Origin: Candidatus Helarchaeota archaeon
GTDB taxonomy: Archaea > Asgardarchaeota > Lokiarchaeia > Helarchaeales > RDOG01
Assembly (NCBI GenBank): GCA_019058315.1
Contig: JAHPZH010000003.1
Location: 716,451-780,450 of the forward strand
Length of the DNA stretch: 64,000 nt
Direction: 5' to 3'
Under the pieces are notes generated by a model. It was not told the origin of the DNA. It saw only the letters and a list, made by a program, of their open reading frames with translations, and searched no databases. Positions 48,324 to 57,380 of the stretch are shown one piece after another. Position 1 is the stretch's first letter. Each line of letters opens with the position of its first letter. Both the position numbers and the translations under genes were made by a program.

Positions 48324-49118
48324 TTAAACAGATACTCCTTTTCTTATTTTTATTCTATATATGACAAATATTATGCTAATTATAATAGAATAAAATACAA
48401 ATATTAATTGAGCTAATCTACTTCCAAATAATACAGATCCTAAAATTAAACTTATTATTAAGCTACCAAATGTTAAAAAATCTAAGAATTTGGATTGTTC
48501 AAAAAGAGGGGGATCTTCAGAAGTTTGTGAACCTCTATATTTTTGGATTATGAAATAAAGAGTAAGAACTATCATTAATATTATAGCGCTTGTAATATAC
48601 CCCATTAGTGTTCTTTTAGGTAAATTTTGTCCAATTAAGTTAATTAGAGGAGGTATCTTTAATTCCAGTTGGTCAGAAAGAAAACCTAAAAACATAAAAA
48701 CATGCCAACCGATAGCTAAAATCCATAAAATTTTTCCAGATGGTTCTTCAGTCCAATCCCTAATTGCTATAAAACGATTAGCAAAATACATGGTTAAAAC
48801 GCTTTGGATTATGCCCCACCATCCAAAAGTGGAAAGAATAAAATAAAACGGGTCAATTCCAAAGAAATACCCTGATCCAAAGATACTTCCAGTTGAGAAA
48901 ATTTCAGTATATACACCAAATATAAATCCAATTAATAAAACTTGATAATCTCTCAAATGATATCTAAGAATTAGATCTTCTAACATGAAGAAATATGTAA
49001 TATAGAGTAGGACTAAGGAGATAGATATAATAAAGAAATTAGGAATTCCGTGAACCCAATATTCTAAAGCTAAATTAAATAATACACATCCAAGTATAAT
49101 TTTGTATTTTACTCGCAT
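48324..49118 (-). CDS. Multi-pass membrane protein
   Basis: ~8 hydrophobic segments. Confidence 0.65.
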   Translation of the reverse strand: MRVKYKIILGCVLFNLALEYWVHGIPNFFIISISLVLLYITYFFMLEDLILRYHLRDYQVLLIGFIFGVYTEIFSTGSIFGSGYFFGIDPFYFILSTFGWWGIIQSVLTMYFANRFIAIRDWTEEPSGKILWILAIGWHVFMFLGFLSDQLELKIPPLINLIGQNLPKRTLMGYITSAIILMIVLTLYFIIQKYRGSQTSEDPPLFEQSKFLDFLTFGSLIISLILGSVLFGSRLAQLIFVFYSIIISIIFVIYRIKIRKGVSV

Positions 49119-49216
49119 AATTAAACCTCTCTTTACTTGAGTTAAAAAACTTAATATAATTAACTATCAAAACTATAGTCATTATTATATTTTATGACTT
49201 ATCGGAGAAAACCGAT

Positions 49217-49861
49217 ATGAGTTCTGAAAAATTGAATAAATTGAGAGAATCTGTAATTAATTTCGAAGATGAAGCCGTAGATTTAACTGAAAAATTACTT
49301 AATGAGGGTGAGTCGGCTAAGGATGTATTATATGTTGTTTCCGATGCGCTCCAAATAGTGGGTGAGAAATATGAAGCACATGAATACTTCTTATCTGAAC
49401 TTATGCTTTGTGGTGATGTTGCAAAACGATGTATTGAAAAAGCTCTCCCTAAAATACAAAAAGAAAAAATTGAAATGGCAGGGACTATTGTATTTGGGAC
49501 AGTTAAAGGTGATATTCATGATATTGGAAAAACAATTGTATCTTCATTTTTAATTGGTGCTGGATTTTTGGTTCATGATATTGGAGTAGAGGTCGATGAT
49601 AAAACATTTGTTAAAGAAGCTAAAGAAAAAAATGCAAATATTGTAGCTATGTCGTCTTTATTGAGCACAACCATGTTATATATGCCTGAAGTTATTAAGG
49701 CATTGAAAAAAGCAGGAATAAAAGCTAAAACAATAGTGGGGGGTCGACCAGTTTCAGAAAAGTTTGCAAAAGAAATTGGTGCTGACGGCTATGCAAAAAA
49801 TCCAACGGGTGCAATCGAGGTTTGTAGAAGGTTTATGGAAGAAATTCAAGAAAATAAATAA
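49217..49861 (+). CDS. Methyltransferase corrinoid (B12-binding) protein
   Basis: GDIHDIG, SSLL, IVGG, IGADGY. Confidence 0.93.
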   Translation: MSSEKLNKLRESVINFEDEAVDLTEKLLNEGESAKDVLYVVSDALQIVGEKYEAHEYFLSELMLCGDVAKRCIEKALPKIQKEKIEMAGTIVFGTVKGDIHDIGKTIVSSFLIGAGFLVHDIGVEVDDKTFVKEAKEKNANIVAMSSLLSTTMLYMPEVIKALKKAGIKAKTIVGGRPVSEKFAKEIGADGYAKNPTGAIEVCRRFMEEIQENK

Positions 49862-49877
49862 TTTTGTTTCAGATCAT

Positions 49878-52127
49878 TTAATCTTTTTTAATAGCTTCAC
49901 CAATTAGATCTCCCCCACAATCCTTACAAGGAATTATGAAGCCCATATTAATTTTTTGTAAATCTTTTTTGGAAATTCTTGCACCACAAATAGAGCAACG
50001 TAGCTCACTTAATTCACCGATATCTTCTTCTCCTTGAATTTTAGGAGTAAAAAAAAGTGGTTTGGGAGTAATTACCTGAATTTTCTTAGGTTTTATTGTT
50101 GTTTCAGTTTTAGATGGAAAAGAAACAACTTTTAAAGTCCCTGTAGTACCTTCAGCAAATTTTTCCTCTAGTTTTGGTTCTTCCATTTCTGTTTTAGGTG
50201 TTTGTGTTGAACTTTTAAGTTCTTTTTCTATAGAGGGATAAATTTTAATGCTAGGCAAGACATTTAATAGAATTTCAGAAGCTTGATTGAACACAGAAAT
50301 ATTTCCATTCCAATTCACAATTTCTGTTAAAAATTTTTGCTCAAATTGAAATACAAACTCCTTAAGCTTATCGGTTAAAAATTCAGTACCTTTTCCATGC
50401 GATAATAAAGCAGCCCTTATATATTCTCCGTCCTCAAAGTTAATTTCGAAATCTTCATATGTTAATTTTTTCATCATGGTTTCTTTTTTATCTAGTGATA
50501 ATTCAGTTCCAAAGCTAGATATGGCACTTAAAAACCCACTGACAAGAAATGGATCAAGTTCTTCATCAGAACCTAATTTTCCCCTATAAAACGTAAGCCC
50601 AGTCTGTTTTTGAATGACAAGTAGATATCTAAGTATTTTCATTGAATATTTTTGTTCAATTTCATCAATATCTTTATAGAGTGCATTTAATCCTTCCTGT
50701 ATCGACCCCAATTTGGCATATTCGGAAAAGGAATCTTGATAAATTTTTGCATTTGTCTGAATGATAGATTTACTTTCTTTAAGCCATTGAATAATTTCAT
50801 ATTCTAAAGCTGTAGCAAGCCTTTTATCGATTATTTGTTCTATATCAAATTTTTTAGATAAGGTATTAATCCATAACTCAATTCTTTGAGACATATTTGA
50901 ATCAGGAACACTTCTTTGCATTTTTGATTGAATGTCTTTTAGAAATGCAATTATATCACTGATTAATGGTTTGATTTCACAAAGAGTAGCTAATTGTATT
51001 GATTTCTTACAAAGATCAAATGAATCTAAAATTTTAAAACCAATTTGTTCTACAGTACCCCCAATTTTTTGAGCATTTTCAATAGCTAACTTTATATTAT
51101 TCTTAATATAAGCTAATAATCCTGTACTTTGTTTGATATCCTCAGAATATACCTCAATATTTATTTTATTTTCTTGAATAAAAGCTGAAATAATCAATTC
51201 TTGTTCCGTTACTTTAGCCAAACCTGACCATTCGGATAAAAATTTTTCAGGATCATTAAAAATTTCAGTAACATCAAGAGTTGAAATTTGTTCTCTTATT
51301 ATTTTATATGCTTGTTTAGCCGAAAGTAAAAATTCTATTTCCCAAGAACTTTTTTGTAATATCTTTTTAAGATTTTCAATCTTTTCTCTAGCAATTTTTT
51401 CAGGTTGAACTAATGGACATTTGATCTGTATTTCCTTTGGTTCTATTGCAGCTGAACAAGGTTCTCCTTGAAAATCTATGTATGATACAGTTCCATAAAG
51501 GTTTGATTTTCCACAATCCAAGGGAGTTAAGATAAAATCAAGACCTCGTGATTCACCAGGTTTTAAAAAATTTAAAGATTTTACTCTTTCTTCTGTTGAA
51601 AATTGTGTTGTTGGGTTAATAACAACATTAATATCCGAAATTAATTTATCTGATGTATTATCTACAACAACTTTGAAGCGAACATTGCCTCCAACATAAT
51701 CAAATTCTCTTTTTACTAAGACCCTAGCTTGTCTCATTATTGATGGTTTTGGAGGAGGAGTTATATGAGCTATATCTGGCAGTGGGGCTATACTACTTGG
51801 TTTTGGAATAGGGCTGATTTCATCAGAAATGACTTTTTTGGTTTCTAACTGTATTGATTTAACTGGGGTTTCTATTTTAGGTTTTGCTTTTAACTTTTCA
51901 ATTTTTTGAGGAGTGGGTATTGGGGATTCTTCTTTTTTAGTAATTCCCATATCGTCCTCGATTTTTTCTAAGGAATCTAAAGTATCTTCGATATCTTTTT
52001 CAGAAGCTTCTTCAATTGATACTCCAAATAGATCTTCAAATAGTTCTTCTTCTTTTTTCAGTCTCTTTTGGAGTTCTTCTTCTCCTTCTTCTTCTTCCAA
52101 CTCTTGTTTCTTTTTTTTCTTTGACAT
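49878..52127 (-). CDS. Asgard-type multidomain protein: adaptin-appendage-like Ig/platform, longin domain, Zn ribbon
   Basis: 'REFDYVGGNVRFKVVVDN' Ig strand pattern; longin 'LLVIQK.TGL...LVSGFLSAISSFG'; CSIC...CKDC. Confidence 0.65.
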   Translation of the reverse strand: MSKKKKKQELEEEEGEEELQKRLKKEEELFEDLFGVSIEEASEKDIEDTLDSLEKIEDDMGITKKEESPIPTPQKIEKLKAKPKIETPVKSIQLETKKVISDEISPIPKPSSIAPLPDIAHITPPPKPSIMRQARVLVKREFDYVGGNVRFKVVVDNTSDKLISDINVVINPTTQFSTEERVKSLNFLKPGESRGLDFILTPLDCGKSNLYGTVSYIDFQGEPCSAAIEPKEIQIKCPLVQPEKIAREKIENLKKILQKSSWEIEFLLSAKQAYKIIREQISTLDVTEIFNDPEKFLSEWSGLAKVTEQELIISAFIQENKINIEVYSEDIKQSTGLLAYIKNNIKLAIENAQKIGGTVEQIGFKILDSFDLCKKSIQLATLCEIKPLISDIIAFLKDIQSKMQRSVPDSNMSQRIELWINTLSKKFDIEQIIDKRLATALEYEIIQWLKESKSIIQTNAKIYQDSFSEYAKLGSIQEGLNALYKDIDEIEQKYSMKILRYLLVIQKQTGLTFYRGKLGSDEELDPFLVSGFLSAISSFGTELSLDKKETMMKKLTYEDFEINFEDGEYIRAALLSHGKGTEFLTDKLKEFVFQFEQKFLTEIVNWNGNISVFNQASEILLNVLPSIKIYPSIEKELKSSTQTPKTEMEEPKLEEKFAEGTTGTLKVVSFPSKTETTIKPKKIQVITPKPLFFTPKIQGEEDIGELSELRCSICGARISKKDLQKINMGFIIPCKDCGGDLIGEAIKKD

Positions 52128-52389
52128 TTCTCTCGTTAAAGATTTTATTGCTTATAAAATACAATATATCCTTCTTTTAATAATGATAAAATACTATATT
52201 TATCTTAAATAGATTTGTCAATTTACTAAAAAATTAAATAAACAAATTACCAATATTTCTCTCAGAACCGACTTAAGTCCCCTATTTCTATTGAGCAATA
52301 TTTCTTTCTTAATTAGACTTTTTTATTTAATCAATTTAAATATAAAAAAATATAAAAAAAAAGAGTTTAAGTAGGAGATAATTAGTGGA

Positions 52390-52935
52390 TCAAGGGACGT
52401 AAGTTTGGACTAATAAACTAAATTCGTCAATATAATTATTTACTCTATCTGAACGCATTGCTATTGTAATACTATGTTTTCCTGAAGAAATTGATCTCGC
52501 AGTTTGCAATGAAACTGAAAATGATATATCTTGCCCGTTTTCTGACCAACCTCGAATTTCTGTAGTAGGATGATCAAGCCGTTGTCCGTCTAAAACAAAC
52601 TGAAACCTCATATATGTTAGCACTGTCATAGATGGATCGAGAACGCATCTACCAGTAAAAGTAAAAATTACAGATTCTCCTGGATTGACATTGAAATCAA
52701 TTGTTAAATAATTAATTGTGAGCCAAGTTTCAGTAACACCTATAGCATGATCAATTTCAACAAAATTATACCAGGTGTTTATTATCCCTTTTTTGAGAAT
52801 AGTTTGGTCCAATAAATACATCGTTAGTATCGGATCGGTTGAGTTTACTTTATTCAAAGTATAATATCCAAAACCGAGTCCTGCAGCTCCTACTAGAAGA
52901 GCTAGTACAGCTACTACTCCTATTGCTTTTCCCAT
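52390..52935 (-). CDS. N-terminally anchored beta-rich surface protein
   Basis: N-terminal TM; similar to the C-terminal domain of 29508-30335. Confidence 0.65.
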   Translation of the reverse strand: MGKAIGVVAVLALLVGAAGLGFGYYTLNKVNSTDPILTMYLLDQTILKKGIINTWYNFVEIDHAIGVTETWLTINYLTIDFNVNPGESVIFTFTGRCVLDPSMTVLTYMRFQFVLDGQRLDHPTTEIRGWSENGQDISFSVSLQTARSISSGKHSITIAMRSDRVNNYIDEFSLLVQTYVP

Positions 52936-53047
52936 GTTAAAACCTCAACTTTTTATATTATTTTTTTTACATGTTTATATAAAAAAATTAATCACAAATT
53001 TAAATTAAAAATTTTTTTGTTGAGGCAATATTGACCTAACAGATAAT

Positions 53048-53491
53048 TCATTCTTTTATTAATTTTGGACTGTTTAATAGAAGATAAAATAAAATAGGTA
53101 TTAATAATTTAATCAATCCTTGACCAAACTTCGTTAATTCATATGATACTCGCACAGGTCGCTCCGAATGGACTATTCGATTAATTATTTTTTTTTCTTC
53201 TAGAAGTCGTAAGCGATCTGTCAAGGTTCTTGAATTTATATTCTTTAATGCTTTTTTAATATCATTAAAATAAGCCTTTTCTAAAAAAAATAAAACGTAA
53301 AGTATATCAGCAGTCCATTTTCCCCGAAAAATAGGTGAACTTTCACTTAAAAAAGGTTTATAATATTTAATTTTTTTAACTAAATCTTTTTGTTCCTTTA
53401 TTTCTCTCTCCATTCCAATTGTAACCGAATTTTGAATATTAGGAATAAGATCAATGAGTTCCTTAAAGTTACTTAATTTAAATCCTGACAT
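53048..53491 (-). CDS. HxlR-family transcriptional regulator
   Basis: GKWT..IL...F..I...L..I..RTLTDRLR.LE...P.RV.Y.LT..G. Confidence 0.92.
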   Translation of the reverse strand: MSGFKLSNFKELIDLIPNIQNSVTIGMEREIKEQKDLVKKIKYYKPFLSESSPIFRGKWTADILYVLFFLEKAYFNDIKKALKNINSRTLTDRLRLLEEKKIINRIVHSERPVRVSYELTKFGQGLIKLLIPILFYLLLNSPKLIKE

Positions 53492-53701
53492 TTTCTCTCA
53501 CTAATCTTCTTGATATTTGGTAGTTTGAACTATATTAAGTGAAAAAAAAGATACTTTGTCAATTTTTTCTCTCTTTTTTATTTATATTTATTAAAGTTAG
53601 TTTACTATTTAAAGCTGGTGTAACTATTAAATTGATAAAATATACAGTAAAAAAATTTCAACATTAAAAAAATAAGAAATTACACAATATGGAGGTCTGA
53701 A

Positions 53702-54508
53702 ATGAAAGTAAATATCGATGGAGTTAATATCAATTATGTTTTTAAAGGAAAAGGAAAGCCAATTATACTAATTCATGGACATGGAGAAAATATTTACACG
53801 TGGAGACATAACATAGATAAATTAGCAGAAAATTTTAAAGTTTATGCTCTTGATTTGAAAGGTTTTGGAGAGTCGGATAAACCAATAGACAGTGATTATT
53901 CTATTTCCAGTATGTCGGAGTTAGTCATTAATTTCATGGATAGATTAGATATTGATCAAGCTGTCATTGTATGTCATTCGTTTGGAGGAAAAATTGGCAT
54001 TCAATCAATAGTTGATCATCCAAATAGATTCGTTGGATTAGGATTATTGGGAAGTGCTGTTACAAAATTTAAGATGGATCCTAACTATCGCTTAATTAGT
54101 GATGAAAAAAAAGGAAGATTTTTGCTTAATTTATTTAATAGGGATGTAATAAAGCAAACAATCAAAAGCATACACGATAAAAGTTATAAAATCACTGATG
54201 AAGACATTGATAATGAAATTAAAATAGGGGATAGTGAAGGTGCAAAACACGCATTTCAACAATATTTAATTGAATTTCTTAAAAATGAAGAAGCATTTAT
54301 AGAAAAATTAGATAAAATATCAGTTCCAACACTCATAATCTGGGGAAAGAATGATAAATTCATATCATCAGAGCATGGAAAACTTATCGAAGAGAGAATT
54401 AAAGATTCAAAGTTGGTAATTTTGGAAAATTGCGGGCATAATTCTCATGAAGATCAAGATGAGATTGTCAATCAATTGATTATCGAAAATTTTGGCAATT
54501 TTAGTTAA
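53702..54508 (+). CDS. Alpha/beta hydrolase
   Basis: HG, DLKGFG, HSFGG, WG..D, CGH. Confidence 0.92.
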   Translation: MKVNIDGVNINYVFKGKGKPIILIHGHGENIYTWRHNIDKLAENFKVYALDLKGFGESDKPIDSDYSISSMSELVINFMDRLDIDQAVIVCHSFGGKIGIQSIVDHPNRFVGLGLLGSAVTKFKMDPNYRLISDEKKGRFLLNLFNRDVIKQTIKSIHDKSYKITDEDIDNEIKIGDSEGAKHAFQQYLIEFLKNEEAFIEKLDKISVPTLIIWGKNDKFISSEHGKLIEERIKDSKLVILENCGHNSHEDQDEIVNQLIIENFGNFS

Positions 54509-54551
54509 TTTTTACATTTTTTTTTTATTAATAATTAGAAATACAATAAAG

Positions 54552-56066
54552 TTAATCTAATTTTGTCTTTTTTGAATATGCACCCCATTTAGCTAATGAT
54601 GCAAATGTTCGGGCGATTCTATCGAATTCGGGAAGACATACGACTTTGTGAGAGCGGAGCATGCCAGGTATTCCGGTATTTGAATTAACTGGACCCAGCA
54701 AAAATACCGGTTTCTCATGAATTTCTACATATTTTCGTAACTTCTTGATAGGACCGGCCATTGTTTCTTCAAGCAGCTTGTTTATTGCTCCTTTTCTCTC
54801 TTTCTTTGGATCGCTCCCAAAATCAATGCCAAAATCAACAAATTTTGCATGTTTATCATCAAAATTTCCCATAAGGAAGACTACTCCATCAAAATTTTTT
54901 TCCTCTAATAGAGATTTGATAATGGTAGTAATTGACCTGAAATTCATAGCATCCGTAAGATCTATTGGATTAGAGTGTGACCAATATTCGGGAAGCATTT
55001 TTTTACTATCAATTTTTTCAATTAACTCGGGACTTAATGGAGGAAGATTCAGACCGGCCTTACTGCAAGCATCAGAAATCATTACCCCAAGACTCCCAGC
55101 AAACGTAACAATGCCAATTTTGTTACCTTTAGGAATATGTGAAATCATAAAGGCACAACAAACATCTGCAAGTTCGGTTATACTTTCTACAGCAATTATT
55201 CCAGTTTGTTTTAAAACACCATCAAAAATTTTATTACCATATTCTCCCGCAATAGCGCCGACATGACTTAAAGCAGCTCGTTTTCCTGCATCCGTAACAC
55301 CAGACTTATAAAATACAACTGGTTTTTTGGGTGTCACTTTTTTGGTGATTTTTATAAATTCTGGTCCATTTGAAATTCCCTCAGAATAAGCTCCAATCAC
55401 TTTAGTTTCGGGATCTTGGCCGTAATATTCTATAAAATCATGTGTATCTAGATATGCAGCGTCTCCTACATTAATAAATTTTGAAACACCCATTTCTCTC
55501 ATGCGGGTTTCTATCATTGAATACACACCAGCAGTTCCTCCCCGAGAAACATACGAAATATTGCCTGGTATATTACGAACTCGTGGACCAAAAATGGCAT
55601 TAAGTGAAACTGCGCTGCTATAAATTCCATTACAGTTTGGACCTGTAAAGACAAAACCATTTTTTTTGGCAATTTTTACAAGTTCTTTTTGTAATTTAAC
55701 TTTCTCACGGTCATATAAGATGGATTCAGCAAATCCAGAGGATATGATTACAACAGCATTTATATTATATTCACCGCATTCCTCCAAAACTTCTGGTACA
55801 ACTCTTGAAGGAACAATTACAAATGCTAAATCTAAATCATCTTTAATTTTATCCAAACTAGTTTCTACGGACCTTCCCAAAATTTTTTTCCCGGGTTCAA
55901 TATATTTATTAACCAAATATAATGGACCTGTATATCCTCCCTTTATTGTATTTGTGAGTATCATTCCACTTGGACCAATTAAATTCCTACTAACGCCGAT
56001 TAATGTGACATTTTTTGGATGAAAAAAAGAATCCATCAATTTTAATTTTTGTTTGTCCATATTCAA
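54552..56066 (-). CDS. NDP-forming acyl-CoA synthetase, alpha-type subunit (intact)
   Basis: CoA-binding domain, SSGFAE, GPNC, AALSHVG phospho-His, NPIDL. Confidence 0.92.
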   Translation of the reverse strand: MNMDKQKLKLMDSFFHPKNVTLIGVSRNLIGPSGMILTNTIKGGYTGPLYLVNKYIEPGKKILGRSVETSLDKIKDDLDLAFVIVPSRVVPEVLEECGEYNINAVVIISSGFAESILYDREKVKLQKELVKIAKKNGFVFTGPNCNGIYSSAVSLNAIFGPRVRNIPGNISYVSRGGTAGVYSMIETRMREMGVSKFINVGDAAYLDTHDFIEYYGQDPETKVIGAYSEGISNGPEFIKITKKVTPKKPVVFYKSGVTDAGKRAALSHVGAIAGEYGNKIFDGVLKQTGIIAVESITELADVCCAFMISHIPKGNKIGIVTFAGSLGVMISDACSKAGLNLPPLSPELIEKIDSKKMLPEYWSHSNPIDLTDAMNFRSITTIIKSLLEEKNFDGVVFLMGNFDDKHAKFVDFGIDFGSDPKKERKGAINKLLEETMAGPIKKLRKYVEIHEKPVFLLGPVNSNTGIPGMLRSHKVVCLPEFDRIARTFASLAKWGAYSKKTKLD

Positions 56067-56178
56067 ACAAATGAGAGTGATAATTAAAATTTTTTCTTTT
56101 AAAATTGACTAATTTCAGTCATATAATAAAATTTTTAATATTATAGAATATAATGATACGATTTCGTAGTAAAATGTT

Positions 56179-57039
56179 TTAGTCAAAATTAGTACCGCAT
56201 TTATCACAAAAATTTGCTACTTTACGAATTTTTGCTCCGCAATTAGGACAGAATTTATAATTTTCATCTTCCGAAACTATATTTGATTTTTTAAATTTTG
56301 TTAATACTGTATTCATTGCAATAGCAAAATTCTCTTGTAATTCTGGTCTCAATTGTGAATTATTTTTAAAAGTTATGTAGCAGATTTGACCATTATTTAA
56401 TACTATCTTGTGATTAATTTTATTTGCCTGACCCATTTCACCTTTGATTAAGATATTTTCAAGAAATAACTCAATATCACTTATAGGTACAGAAACAATA
56501 ATTTCTTCAGATTTTTTATCCCAAATTTTAAGAGATTGCTCTGTTAATCTTACCGTGGCTTCTTTCTCTTCATTATGATTTGGTACATTTTCTAATTTAA
56601 AATAACAATATTCACTATTTTGAAAAACCAATTTCTCCTTTTTAACTATTATATTTCTGCTCGGATCTAGAGAAAAGCCAAATTCTCTATCTAGAGCATT
56701 AAGAAATTTTTTATGGTGTTTTTTACTCATTGATCCTGTCCAGGAATAAAAGGAAATGTAATATTTTTCCCCATTTAAAAGAATTATTTCATAATATGGA
56801 ATATATTTTGGTATATGTCTTATAATCTTTGAAATTTCGCTGATTTCTATAATTACTTCCTTATTTTTTCTACCTTTGGGAAAAATTTCTAAAAAACGAC
56901 CTCTAATTATTATTACAGCAGATTTCATATCAAAAATTTTTGTAAATCTTTTCGTAAAATGCCCATCTCGTTTTGCAACAAAAAATATTTCTTGTTCCTT
57001 TTGTTCGTTGGACACATAAACCACATTTAATGAAGACAC
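56179..57039 (-). CDS. Tandem PH-like domains plus zinc ribbon
   Basis: DGHFTK/PYYEIIL shared with 21186; FCPNCG...FCDKCG. Confidence 0.7.
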   Translation of the reverse strand: MSSLNVVYVSNEQKEQEIFFVAKRDGHFTKRFTKIFDMKSAVIIIRGRFLEIFPKGRKNKEVIIEISEISKIIRHIPKYIPYYEIILLNGEKYYISFYSWTGSMSKKHHKKFLNALDREFGFSLDPSRNIIVKKEKLVFQNSEYCYFKLENVPNHNEEKEATVRLTEQSLKIWDKKSEEIIVSVPISDIELFLENILIKGEMGQANKINHKIVLNNGQICYITFKNNSQLRPELQENFAIAMNTVLTKFKKSNIVSEDENYKFCPNCGAKIRKVANFCDKCGTNFD

Positions 57040-57380
57040 TTTATTACTAATATTTCTTTGTAATATGGTATATATTAAAAAAAATAAAGTTAAAAAAAGA
57101 ATTTAGAAGAACACCTAAATTGAAATGTTTTTTGAGGGTATTTTTCAACATCTAGACTGGCTGGACCCTTTTTTCAGAATTCTACTCCTAAGATTATATT
57201 ATTTCACAACAATTTATTAGGAAATATTCAATTCTGTAAATGAATAACTCAATAACTAAAAAAATAGTAATCTATGCATTTATCATAATGTTTAAAACTA
57301 CCTCGTAAAATGTATATGAAGGTAAAAATCTCAATAAAAAACTAAATTAATTTAAATAAAAACAAAGGGAGATTTTTAAA

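Noticed and set aside
54552-56066. Missing half of the interrupted synthetase
   Set aside because: It is a complete gene on the opposite strand with its own CoA-binding N-terminus.
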